Assembly: GCA_002269645.1 (NCBI GenBank)
Contig: NIVC01003166.1
Coordinates: 62,001-126,000, forward strand
Length of the DNA: 64,000 nucleotides
DNA from: Macrostomum lignano
Taxonomy: Eukaryota
Direction: 5' to 3'
The position numbers and the translations under genes are program-made. The notes below the pieces were generated by a model. That model was not told where the DNA came from and made no database searches. It saw only the letters and a program-made list of their open reading frames with translations. This document shows, one piece after another, positions 13,228-24,885 of the stretch; the stretch's first letter is position 1; the number at the start of each line of letters is the position of its first letter.

Positions 13228-13829
13228 TCCCATATACTAAAAATGAAATGTCTGTAGCTATGCGATAGATTTCAGAAAAAATGGCTCAACCGATTTTCTT
13301 CAAACTTGCACCATTCGATCAGAAATTTTCCTGGCACGGTACATGCATCTTGGCTAAGAAATTGCTCAATGTTAAAGGGATTAAATATTCGAAAAACATG
13401 CTTTTTTGCAAAGGTCAAGCCAAATTTTCGACTTTAAAATGCATTGTAAGAATGCTAGAGAAAAAACTGACTGACTGAATTCCGATTGTGATAAAGATTG
13501 CATCACAACAAGTTGAAAACAGTGCCGAAGAAATGCACACACGACTTGATTTAAATTGCGTAACCATATTGCTAACTTAAATTGAGACTGATACTGGCTG
13601 ACTGAGAAATTGATTATGTCATAACTTTTTACTCCAATTGACTTGCTGTAAGAATTGAATTATAAGGGCCACAATTCATGTTCTCCAATTGAAAAGAGAT
13701 AGCCCTGATGCGAACAGACTGGAATGCTAATGTAGCGACCTGGGTTCGAATATTAGTAGTGCAAAAAGATTTTTTTTTATTAAAACACCTTTAAAACACA
13801 ACAAAACTGCTAAACATCAAAGAAGCGCA

Positions 13830-15950
13830 ATGTCAAACATAGAAGAGCCAACATATCGAACATAAAAGAGTTACCATATCAAACATAGAAGAGCCACCAT
13901 GTCGAACATTAAAGAGCAACCATGTCAAACATAAAGAGCCACCCTGTCAAACATTTAGGAGCCACCATGTCAAACATTAAAGAGCCACCATTTCAAACCT
14001 TAAAAAGCCACTATGTCGAACATAAAAGAGCTATACCATGAAGAACATTAAAGAGCCACCATGTCGAACATAAAAGAGCCACCATGTAGAATATTAAAGA
14101 GCCACCATGTCAAACATTTAAGAGCCACCATGTCAAACATTTAAGAGCCACCATGTCAAACATTTAAGAGCCACCATGTCAAACATTTAAGAGCCACCAT
14201 GTCAAACATTTAAGAGCCACCGTATCAAACATAAAAAAGTTACCATGTAGAACAAAAAAGAGCCACCATGTCGAATAAAAAAGAGCCACCATGAAGAACA
14301 TTAAGAGCCACCATGTAGAATATTAAAGAGCCACCATGAAGAGCATTAAAGAGCCACCATGTCAAACATTTAGAAGCCACCATGTCAAAGATTTAAGAGC
14401 CACCATGTCAAACATTTAAGAGCCACCATGTCAAACATAAAAGAGCCACCATGTTAAACATTAAAGAACCACCATGTCGAACATAAAAGAGCCACCATGT
14501 CAAACATTAAAGAGCCACCATGTCAAACATATATGTGACTTTATGTCAAACATATATGTGACTTTATGTCAAACATTAAAGAGCCACCATGTTAAACATT
14601 AAAGAACCACCATGTCGAACATAAAAGAGCCACCATGTTAAACATTAAAGAACCACCATGTCGAACATTAGAGAGCCACCATGTAAAACATTAAAGAGCC
14701 ACATTGTCAAACATTAAAGAGCCGCCATGTCAAAACATAAAAGTGCCATCATGTCAAACCTAAAAGATACACCATGTCTAACATAAAAGAGCCACCATAT
14801 GGAACATTAAAGAGCCACCATGTCAAACATTAAAGAGCCATTATGTCAAACCTAAAAGAGCCACCATGTCGAACATAAAAGAGCCACCATGTAGAATATT
14901 AAAGAGCCACCATGTCGAACATAAAAGAGCCACCATGTAGAATATTAAAGAGCCACCATGTCAAACATTTAAGAGCCACCATGTCAAACATTTAAGAGCC
15001 ACCATGTCAAACATTTAAGAGCCACCGTATCAAACATAAAAAAGTTACCATGTAGAACAAAAAAGAGCCACCATGTCGAATAAAAAAGAGCCACCATGAA
15101 GAACATTAAGAGCCACCATGTAGAATATTAAAGAGCCACCATGAAGAGCATTAAAGAGCCACCATGTCAAACATTTAGAAGCCACCATGTCAAAGATTTA
15201 AGAGCCACCATGTCAAACATTTAAGAGCCACCATGTCAAACATAAAAGAGCCACCATGTTAAACATTAAAGAACCACCATGTCGAACATAAAAGAGCCAC
15301 CATGTCAAACATTAAAGAGCCACCATGTCAAACATATATGTGACTTTATGTCAAACATATATGTGACTTTATGTCAAACATTAAAGAGCCACCATGTTAA
15401 ACATTAAAGAACCACCATGTCGAACATAAAAGAGCCACCATGTTAAACATTAAAGAACCACCATGTCGAACATTAGAGAGCCACCATGTAAAACATTAAA
15501 GAGCCACATTGTCAAACATTAAAGAGCCGCCATGTCAAAACATAAAAGTGCCATCATGTCAAACCTAAAAGATACACCATGTCTAACATAAAAGAGCCAC
15601 CATATGGAACATTAAAGAGCCACCATGTCAAACATTAAAGAGCCATTATGTCAAACCTAAAAGAGCCACCATGTCGAACATTAAAGAGCCACCATGTCTA
15701 ATAGTAAAGAGCCACCATGTCGAACATGAAAGGGCCACCATGTAGAACATTAAAGAGCCACCATGTCGAACATTAAAGAACCACCATGTCAAAAATAGAA
15801 GAGCCACCATGTCAAACATAGAAGAGCCACCATGTCAAACATAGAAGAGCCACCATGTCTAACATTAAAGAGCCACCATGTCGAACATTAAAGAGCCACC
15901 ATGTCTAACATTAAAGAGCCACCATGTCTAACAGTAAAAAGCCACCATGT
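13830..15950 (+). repeat. ~23-bp minisatellite (AAAGAGCCACCATGTCAAACATT)n with a ~0.8-kb higher-order duplication
   Basis: Direct reading of the monomer. The variant block atatgtgactttatg... recurs near 14530 and 15335. Confidence 0.95.
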
Positions 15951-15954
15951 CGCC

Positions 15955-16272
15955 TGCTATCTGGGGGTGCTTGCTATCTGGGAGAGCCTGCTATCTGGGG
16001 GTGCTTGCTATCTGGGGGTGCTTGGTATCTGGAGGTGCTTGCTATCTGGGGGTGCCTGCTATCTGGGGGTGCCTGCTATCTGGGGGTGCTAGCTCTCTGG
16101 GGGTGCTTGCTATCTGGGGTGCTTGCTATCTGGGGGTGCCTGCTACCTGGGGGTGCCTGCTATCTGGGGGTGCTTGCTATCTGGGGGGTGCTTGCTATCT
16201 GGGGGGATGCTTGCTATCTGGGGGGTGCTTGCTATCTGGGGGGATGCTTGCTATCTGGGGGGATGCTTGCTG
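15955..16272 (+). repeat. ~17-20-bp G-rich minisatellite (CTATCTGGGGGTGCTTG)n
   Basis: Direct reading; it explains the artefactual ORFs at 15901-16540. Confidence 0.9.
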
Positions 16273-16612
16273 TCTTAGGATGTTTTCTTTTTGCATTGCA
16301 CTTTATCTGAGTAGTTTTTCTATTGACTATGTGAAGGCTTTGTTTGGCCATCTTATTGATACTTGTAGAGAACAGAGATTCTATCTAGATGTCCCCCATT
16401 GGGGGGCGAAGATTGCTAGTTTTTTACTAATTCTATATACTTGTCAAAATAGCCTCTTAGCTAAATTTTTAGCAAAAATATATTTGAATACTTTGCTAAA
16501 TACTTTGTTGTATGGATACCAATCTATGCTTGGAAGTTGAATACTTAAAAAGAATTATTTACTTGACACACACTTGTTATTTATACTTTCCTATACATCT
16601 ATTGTTACCATA

Positions 16613-18087
16613 CAAGGGATACTCCAAAAGTTTTGCAATTCAACCACTTGTGCAAGTCGCACATTTTTAAAAAATCAACCCTCTGTACAATAAACATGTA
16701 TATAGTTCCCATCTCAATTTTCAAGTGAATTTATATATGCCTACACAGCCCCTAGTCAAAGTCAATGACTCCTAAAACGTATAGCTGCAGCCATGGAATT
16801 GAATCGTGAGCAAAATCAGCTACTAATTTGGTACTGCCACAAGCAAAAGCTTATGGCACTTGAGACTCATGCCGAGCTACTGGCAACATTAGAGGCTCAA
16901 ACGCTGTCATATGCTAGGCCTACTGTTCCACACTAGTATTATGAGTTTCAGGCTGGCAGTGGCAGGACTAGCTTTTCTGACAACCTCTGGCCTAGGAGAC
17001 CTCCAACAGCAGTAACAGAGGAAAACATCGCTGTAGTGTAGGAGCTAATCTATCAGGATCTGCAAATCACCATAGACATATTAGCTATGAATGTTGGCAT
17101 TGGATTGGCAGTGGCCAATATGATTCTATATGATCACCTGAGAGTCAGAAAGCTTTGTGCCTGATGGATTCCCCACATCTTAACAGATGGTCAGAAACAG
17201 GCCCGCATGGAGTTCTGTCAGTTTCTCATCAATTGATATGAGTAGGAGAGCCATTAGTGCTACTCTAAAGTCATCACATTGGGGATGAGACATTTCTCTA
17301 TCATTTTGACATCAAGACAAAGTGCAGCAGTGCAGAGTGGGTGCCAGAAGGTCGGCAACAACCCCTGAAAGCAAGGTGGTCCCGGTCCTAGGGCAAGCAA
17401 ATGTTTGCAATCTTCTTTGACTCACAAGGCATGTTGGCGATCCTGATTGCAGCGCATGGGCATTTTGGCGGACAGCGAGCGGCGATTAGTACGGCGCGGC
17501 GCGGTACTAATTAGATGCCGAGGCATTTAGGCTTGATAAGACAGTCATAGTTACTGCTGCCGTTTACCCAAAACTGCGTTAATTTTGCTTTAGGGTTTCT
17601 TTTACAGGTAAGTCATTTCACAGCGTGGCGCAGGTTGTGTAGGCGTCTGGCGTACTTAAGCCATGCGCTGCAATAGGGTTGGCGATGGTGAAGCTGGAGG
17701 GTCAAACTATAGTCACTGCTTGATGGTACACTGAAGAGTGCTTACCAGTCATGATCCAAAGGGCACCAGGGAAGGGAATGCAAGGGCAGAAGGAAGTATT
17801 TCAATGCTACCACACCTGCCCTATCTGCCCTATTCACCAGACCTTGCCCCTTGCGACTTCTGGCTCTTTCTAGAAATCAAAAAGTCCAATGAGAAGCTAG
17901 AGCTGGTGACAAAGGAGGCAATTGATAGCATCCCAATTGAAGAGATCCAGGGCCCTATGACAAGTGGCTCAGATGAACGCACAAGCGTTTGTAGTTCCAA
18001 GGAGCCTACTTTGAAGGATTGTAATAGAAAAGTTTGGCTGAATTAACTTTAAATAGTTGATTTGCAAAACTTTTAGAGTATCCCTTA
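16613..18087 (+). mobile_element. Degenerate mariner (Tc1/mariner) transposon
   Basis: Imperfect ~30-bp TIRs (CAAGGGATACTCCAAAAGTTTTGCAA) are flanked by TA at 16611-12 and 18088-89. Transposase remnants with stops and frameshifts: WIPHIL (WVPHEL-like), GDETFLYHFD, MFAIFFD, PYSPDLAPCDFWLF. Confidence 0.92.
17442..17677. mobile_element. 236-bp MITE inserted in the mariner transposase
   Basis: TIRs CCT(G)ATTGCAGCGCATGG / CCATGCGCTGCAATAGG and a 9-bp TSD GTTGGCGAT (17433-41, 17678-86). Excision restores the transposase frame ...DSQGMLAMVKLEG. Confidence 0.85.
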
Positions 18088-19375
18088 TACATAATATGTA
18101 TATATATTTATATATAATAATTTCTTAGACCTTTTTTCTAAGTCATTTGGTTGATAATATAGAGGCCTAACAAAAGACAAATTTAACAAACAATTAAGAA
18201 AAATATTTGTGAATACTTTTTTGATACTATATATCATAGACCTAATAATTTATATTATTGCTTGGAGTATGAAGTGTCAAAATAAAAGTAGTAACAAATA
18301 TTATTTTAATGAAATGAAATTTAAATATAACTAAATGCAATTATAAAGTGCATTATTTCATCAATAGAGAGGTTATATAGTATACCATTGATCATGATCT
18401 CAAATTCTTACTTACACTTATAATCCTAAGGAAAATTAGATTCCCATAAAATCAAGATCTTGACCCTAGAAATAGGAATTTGGAATAGTTCTTTTAAGTG
18501 AACTTTTTACTAGTTTTTAGAATTAATGATTACTTGAATGCATTTCATTTTAACTTGTACTTTTTATATTATTATTTTATTAGTCTTAAAAATTTGTATT
18601 TGTTATAATATATTTTACTTATTCTCTAGTAAGTGTAAATCTAAGTCTATATTATAGACCTAAAAACTATAGTATACTAAAATACCTAATCCCAATAGCT
18701 ATTTTTCCCTATAACTGCATCTTTGATAGTCATGTATGCATAGATTTGAAACAAGCATCAATTGATCTCATTGGCTGGAATGCTATCTATTATTTCCTCT
18801 TTTTGCTCCTTTATTCTCTTCCTTCTTTTTCTGTCTTACATATAATCTTTCCTAGCAGTTTTCCTTTGTTCATTTTATTTTTGTACCTAATTTTTTAGCC
18901 TCAAGAGTAGTTTTTATATCTCTAGCTTTATATTCTTATTCTATACATACTACTGTTAGTACCTCTAATGATCATGTCTTATCTCTTGTCAAATTCCAAG
19001 TGCTAACTTTACTATGCCTTGGAGGTTGGCCCTCAAATGTGTTAATTGCATAAGCAGAACCAAGCCAAGATTCCAATTTAGCCCCAAAATTAATGTGACT
19101 GCACACTTGTAATCAAGCCTGGGCTGTTTGTACATCAGAGTTTCGTGCTAGGCCACTAGGTTATTGCACCCCTAACTATGGTACAAACAACCTAGCTAGC
19201 CAATGTCTGTTTGGGTACTTTAATGCTTTTTTCACTCCTACTTGTTACTAATAAATTACATTTCTTGTTATCTATCTTTACTGGTGTAAGAATTGATTTG
19301 TTAATCTGCAGCCTAGCAGTTCATTACTGATTATTGTAAGCCAAAGAAAAAACTTTTCTCTGCAATCAGAAAGCA

Positions 19376-22300
19376 ATGGGCTCAAATGTGAGCACCCTGT
19401 CTGAGCTAACAGGCCCAGTCAGAAATCCTCTACTTGAAAGATTCTGCTCAGCGGAGCCTCTGGTAGCTGTGGCTGACTTAGACGAGACTGAAGCTTTCTG
19501 GACAAATTTGTTAAGTCATCAGCTCTGTCCTCCCGTGACCTCTCGCGCCTCTCGCGACTTTGACGAATCTCTAGCGCTGCCTTACCTGGCCCACCTGGCT
19601 GTCAACAATCGAACTAGCGGCAATCTCAATGCACTACTTCGGAGAATCATTAAACTGACTGACGAGCTAGATGATGCTGTGCTGCAGCCGCTGGCTGATA
19701 GACAGCGCAGATCCCGGCATCTCAGCCAGCTGGGAGCTGCCCTGTTCATGGCCCGTTGTTGCATTAAATATCTGTTAGAATCGGAGAATGAGCGAAGCTT
19801 ACTTGAGCACATGGAATTCTGTCCTGTTGAGGATGACAATCAGGTGATTTGCTTTGTTATTGTGCAAACTGGCAGTCTGGTGTCTGTTTCAGATAAAATT
19901 GTCTGAAATTAAATCCTGTCAGCTATAAACATCCTACTGACAAGAAATCCTGTCAGCTATAAACATCCTACTGACAAGAAATCCTGTCAGCTATAAACAT
20001 CCTACTGACAAGAAATCCTGTCAGATATAAACATCCTACTGACAAGAAATCCTGTCAGCTATAGACATCCTACTGACAAGAAATCCTGTCAGATATAAAC
20101 ATCCTACTGACAAGAAATTCTGTCAGCTATAAACATCCTACTGACAGGAAATCCTGTCAGCTATAAACATCCTACTGACAAGAAATCCTGTCAGCTATAA
20201 ACATCCTACTGACAAGAAATCCTGTCAGCTATAAACATCCTACTGACAAGAAATCCTGTCAGCTGTAGACATCCTACTGAAATCCTGTCAGCTATAAACA
20301 TCCTACTGACAAGAAATCCTGTCAGCTATAAACATCCTACTGACAAGAAATCCTGTCAGCTATAAAACATCCTACTGACAAGAAATCCTGTCAGCTATAA
20401 GCATCCTACTGACAAGAAATCCTGTCAGCTATAGACATCCTACTGACAAGAAATCCTGTCAGCTATAGACATCCTACTGACAAGAAATCCTGTCAGCTAT
20501 AGACATCCTACTGACAAGAAATCCTGTCAGCTATAGACATCTTACTGACAAGAAATCCTGTCAGCTATAGACATCCTACTGAACTGACAAGAAATCCTGT
20601 CAGCTGTAGACATCCTACTGACAAGAAATCCTGTCAGCTGTAGACATCCTACTGACAAGAAATCCTGTCAGCTATGGACATCCCACTAGACTAGAAAAAC
20701 TCTCATCTAAAATCTTTACAGCGTCATAAATTAACCATCTCAAATTTTCGCAGGACAATGACGACAACGCATCCGTCATTGAGAAGAAGTCGTCATCTTC
20801 TGACAGCTCGCCGGACGCCTCTCAAAACTCGTCAGACAATGAAGACAATGCCGAGTCATCTTCTGCTGCACCGTCCTCGGTCGCTGCCGACTCTGGCACC
20901 ACAATAGAAGATTACGTTGAAAGTTTAGTCAAATTAGTCATTCTTCTACCTGTTGATGAGGAAGCATTTCCTGCTCTTCTAGAAGCAATCAACAGCTTGC
21001 TAGTACTGCTGAGCCTGAGAATGTACCACGGCTGCAAGTCAAGTGCCCAGCTGGCATTCTACCAGATTCTCTGTACTGGCAGATGCGCACCTTATGCCAG
21101 AAGGTTGGCGGCCACTTTAGTGCAGCAGTTTGTGGCGGCGCCGCCAGCTCCTGATCGATTGGTAGCTAGCGCGCCTCAAGCACCTTCTCAGGTAGATTAT
21201 ATAACAGGGGTATTCGTTCGGATAGTCTAATGTTTTGATTTCTCCGCTAAAGTGTTGCTCTGCGCTGATTGGCTGCTGTATATCTGTGTCTTTTTTAGCT
21301 GTGCGCTGATTGGCTGCTGTATATCTGTGTCTTTTGTAGCTGTGCGCTGATTGGCTGCTGTATATCTGTGTCTTTTGTAGCTGTGCTCTGATTGGCTGCT
21401 GTATATGTGTCTTTTGTAGCTGTGCTCTGATTGGCTGCTGTATATCTGTGTCTTTTGTAGCTGTGCGCTGATTGGCTGCTGTATATCTGTGTCTTTTGTA
21501 GCTGTGCGCTGATTGGCTGCTGTATATCTGTGTCTTTTGTAGCTGTGCGCTGATTGGCTGCTGTATATCTGTCTTTTGTAGCTGTGCGCTGATTGGCTGC
21601 TGTATATCTGTGTCTTTTGTAACTGTGCGCTGATTGGCTGCTGTATATGTGTCTTTTGTAGCTGTGCGCTGATTGGCTGCTGTATATCTGTGTCTTTTGT
21701 AACTGTGCGCTGATTGGCTGCTGTATATCTGTGTCTTTTGTAGCTGTGCGCTGATTGGCTGCTGTATATCTGTGTCTTTTGTAGCTGTGCGCTGATTGGC
21801 TGCTGTATATCTGTGTCTTTTGTAGCTGTGCGCTGATTGGCTGCTGTATATCTGTGTCTTTTGTAGCTGTGCGCTGATTGGCTGCTGTATATCTGTGTCT
21901 TTTGTAGCTGTGCGCTGATTGGCTGCTGTATATCTGTGTCTTTTGTAGCTGTGCGCTGATTGGCTGCTGTATATATGTGTCTTTTGTAGCTGTGCGCTGA
22001 TTGGCTGCTGTATATCTGTGTCTTTTGTAACTGTGCGCTGATTGGCTGTTGTATATCTGTGTCTTTTGTAGCTGTGCGCTGATTGGCTGCTGTATATCTG
22101 TGTCTTTTGTAGCTGTGCGCTGATTGGCTGCTGTATATCTGTGTCTTTTGTAACTGTGCGCTGATTGGCTGCTGTATATCTGTGTCTTTTGTAACTGTGC
22201 GCTGATTGACTGCCGCATCTGTCCCTCATGGTACTATCCAGAACTACTATCCAGAATGCATATTTTAGATATGCTTGAAATTATATACAAAGTTATTATT

Positions 22301-23440
22301 TACCTGAAATATTATACTCCAATTTATTAAGGTGTACAATGCGGCAGCGTCATTAGCAACCGGTCTATGGTACATGGTGACTCTTGGATACGGAAGTGGC
22401 AGTGGTGGCACTTCAGCAGCTTCAACCGTTTCTAAAACAGATGAGCCGGTAAGATGATAAGTCACGTGACTCAACACTGATTAAAATAAGTGATTAACTG
22501 TTTCCTCTAAATCTTTCCCATTCCCAGACTCGAGCTGAACTCAAACGCAATCTGTTGAGCCGACAGAGCCTGCTGCTCTGCCTCGCCCTCGCCCTCAGTC
22601 CCGGCTACTCTTCCAACGAAGACGAGTTGGACACGCCCTACCGTGACGCTCTGCTCGAATGCGACGCCAAGTTGCTAGGGAACTATGCCGGTCTGCTAGG
22701 CGCCATAGCAACTAATTTGCCTCAAGATGAAGCTCTGCTGCTGCTCTACCTGCTGCTCCACCCGGCCGGTTCGCACGCCCTTAGGAACCACCTGGCTTCA
22801 GCTGGGGCCAATAATCCTCAACTGTTAGCCTCGCTAACTCTGCCACTGTTGCAGTGCATTCACTCGGCTAACACTGAGCCGCAGTCGCATCGCCTGTACA
22901 TGGCTATGATCAACTTGCTCATGCTCACTGAGCAGCCCGACCTGTGCAGGGCTATGCACACCGCTCCCCTGCCTGGCGGGGCGTCGCCTGCTTGGCTAAC
23001 GGAGAGACAGCTGGGTCCGCAGGGCACTCTGGGCAGCCTACTAGTAGTAGTGCTAGCCAGATGCGTGCAGCTCAATCTGCATAAACTGGGCAGAGGCGGC
23101 GGCGGTGGTTACCTGCCGAGCAACTGCATGGCAGCGCTGGCCAATCAGTCTACTCAGGCCAGATCGCTGCATCCTTACGCCTGTCAGAAGCTGCTGGGCC
23201 TGCTGACTCTCATTGCGACTCGGATTGAGAAGCTGGAGCAGCAGAAATCGGCAACGTAAGTAGACAGCTTGAATTATTGAATGAGCATGTAGCCGCTAGC
23301 TGATAGACACTGACTCAGGCAGACAGGCAGACAGACAGACAGACATGCAGACAGACAGACAGACAGACAGACATGCAGACAGACAGATAGACAGGAAGGC
23401 AGACAGACAGACAGACAGGCAGACAGACAGACAGACATGC

Positions 23441-23492
<52 letters not shown>

Positions 23493-23530
23493 CGACAGAC
23501 AGGCAGAGAGACAGACTGACAGACACACAC

Positions 23531-23565
<35 letters not shown>

Positions 23566-23567
23566 GG

Positions 23568-23598
<31 letters not shown>

Positions 23599-23812
23599 GA
23601 AGGCAGGCAGGCAGGCAGGCAGACAGACAGACAGACATGCAGACAGACGGACATGCAGACAGACATCCAGACAGATAGACAGACAGACAGACAGACAGGC
23701 AGACAGGCAGACAGACAGGCAGACAGACATCCAGACAGACAGACAGACAGACAGACAGGCAGACAGGCAGGCAGACAGGCAGACAGACAGGCAGACAGAC
23801 AGACAGACATGC

Positions 23813-23845
<33 letters not shown>

Positions 23846-23852
23846 GCCAGAC

Positions 23853-23887
<35 letters not shown>

Positions 23888-24174
23888 GGCATGCAGACAG
23901 ACAGATAGACAGACAGACAGACAGGCAGACAGACAGGCAGACAGACAGGCAGACATGCAGACAGGCAGACATGCAGACAGACGGACATGCAGACAGACAT
24001 CCAGACAGACAGACAGATAGACAGACAGACAGACAGACAGGCAGACAGGCAGACAGACAGGCAGACAGACATCCAGACAGACAGACAGACAGACAGGCAG
24101 ACAGGCAGACAGACAGGCAGACAGACAGACAGACATGCAGACAGACAGACAGACAGACAGACAGACAGCCAGAC

Positions 24175-24224
<50 letters not shown>

Positions 24225-24262
24225 CGACAGACAGGCAGAGAGACAGACTGACAGACACACAC

Positions 24263-24313
<51 letters not shown>

Positions 24314-24315
24314 GG

Positions 24316-24346
<31 letters not shown>

Positions 24347-24572
24347 GAAGGCAGGCAGGCAGGCAGGCAGACAGACAGACAGACAGACAGACATGCAGAC
24401 AGACGGACATGCAGACAGACATCCAGACAGACAGACAGATAGACAGACAGACAGACAGACAGGCAGACAGGCAGACAGACAGGCAGACAGACATCCAGAC
24501 AGACAGACAGACAGACAGGCAGACAGGCAGGCAGACAGGCAGACAGACAGGCAGACAGACAGACAGACATGC

Positions 24573-24605
<33 letters not shown>

Positions 24606-24608
24606 GCC

Positions 24609-24668
<60 letters not shown>

Positions 24669-24682
24669 TGACAGACACACAC

Positions 24683-24725
<43 letters not shown>

Positions 24726-24727
24726 GG

Positions 24728-24758
<31 letters not shown>

Positions 24759-24848
24759 GAAGGCAGGCAGGCAGGCAGGCAGACAGACAGACAGACAGGC
24801 AGACAGGCAGGCAGACAGACAGACAGGCAGACAGACAGGCAGACAGGC

Positions 24849-24885
<37 letters not shown>

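Larger units (their letters stand above)
13228..16419 (+). mobile_element. Non-autonomous Helitron-like element 2 with internal 23-bp and ~17-20-bp arrays
   Basis: 5' TC-CCATATACTAAAAATG. The first ~500 bp are clearly homologous to 9244-9820. The 3' end has a CCCCC-ATT-GGGGG hairpin, then GATTGCTAG, followed by host T. Confidence 0.75.

Noticed and set aside
15901-16540. Cys/Gly/Trp-rich ORFs
   Set aside because: Translation of the G-rich minisatellite within Helitron-like element 2.
21117-22229. 370-aa and 307-aa minus-strand ORFs
   Set aside because: 41-bp intronic array; unit length is not a multiple of 3, so it cycles through all frames.
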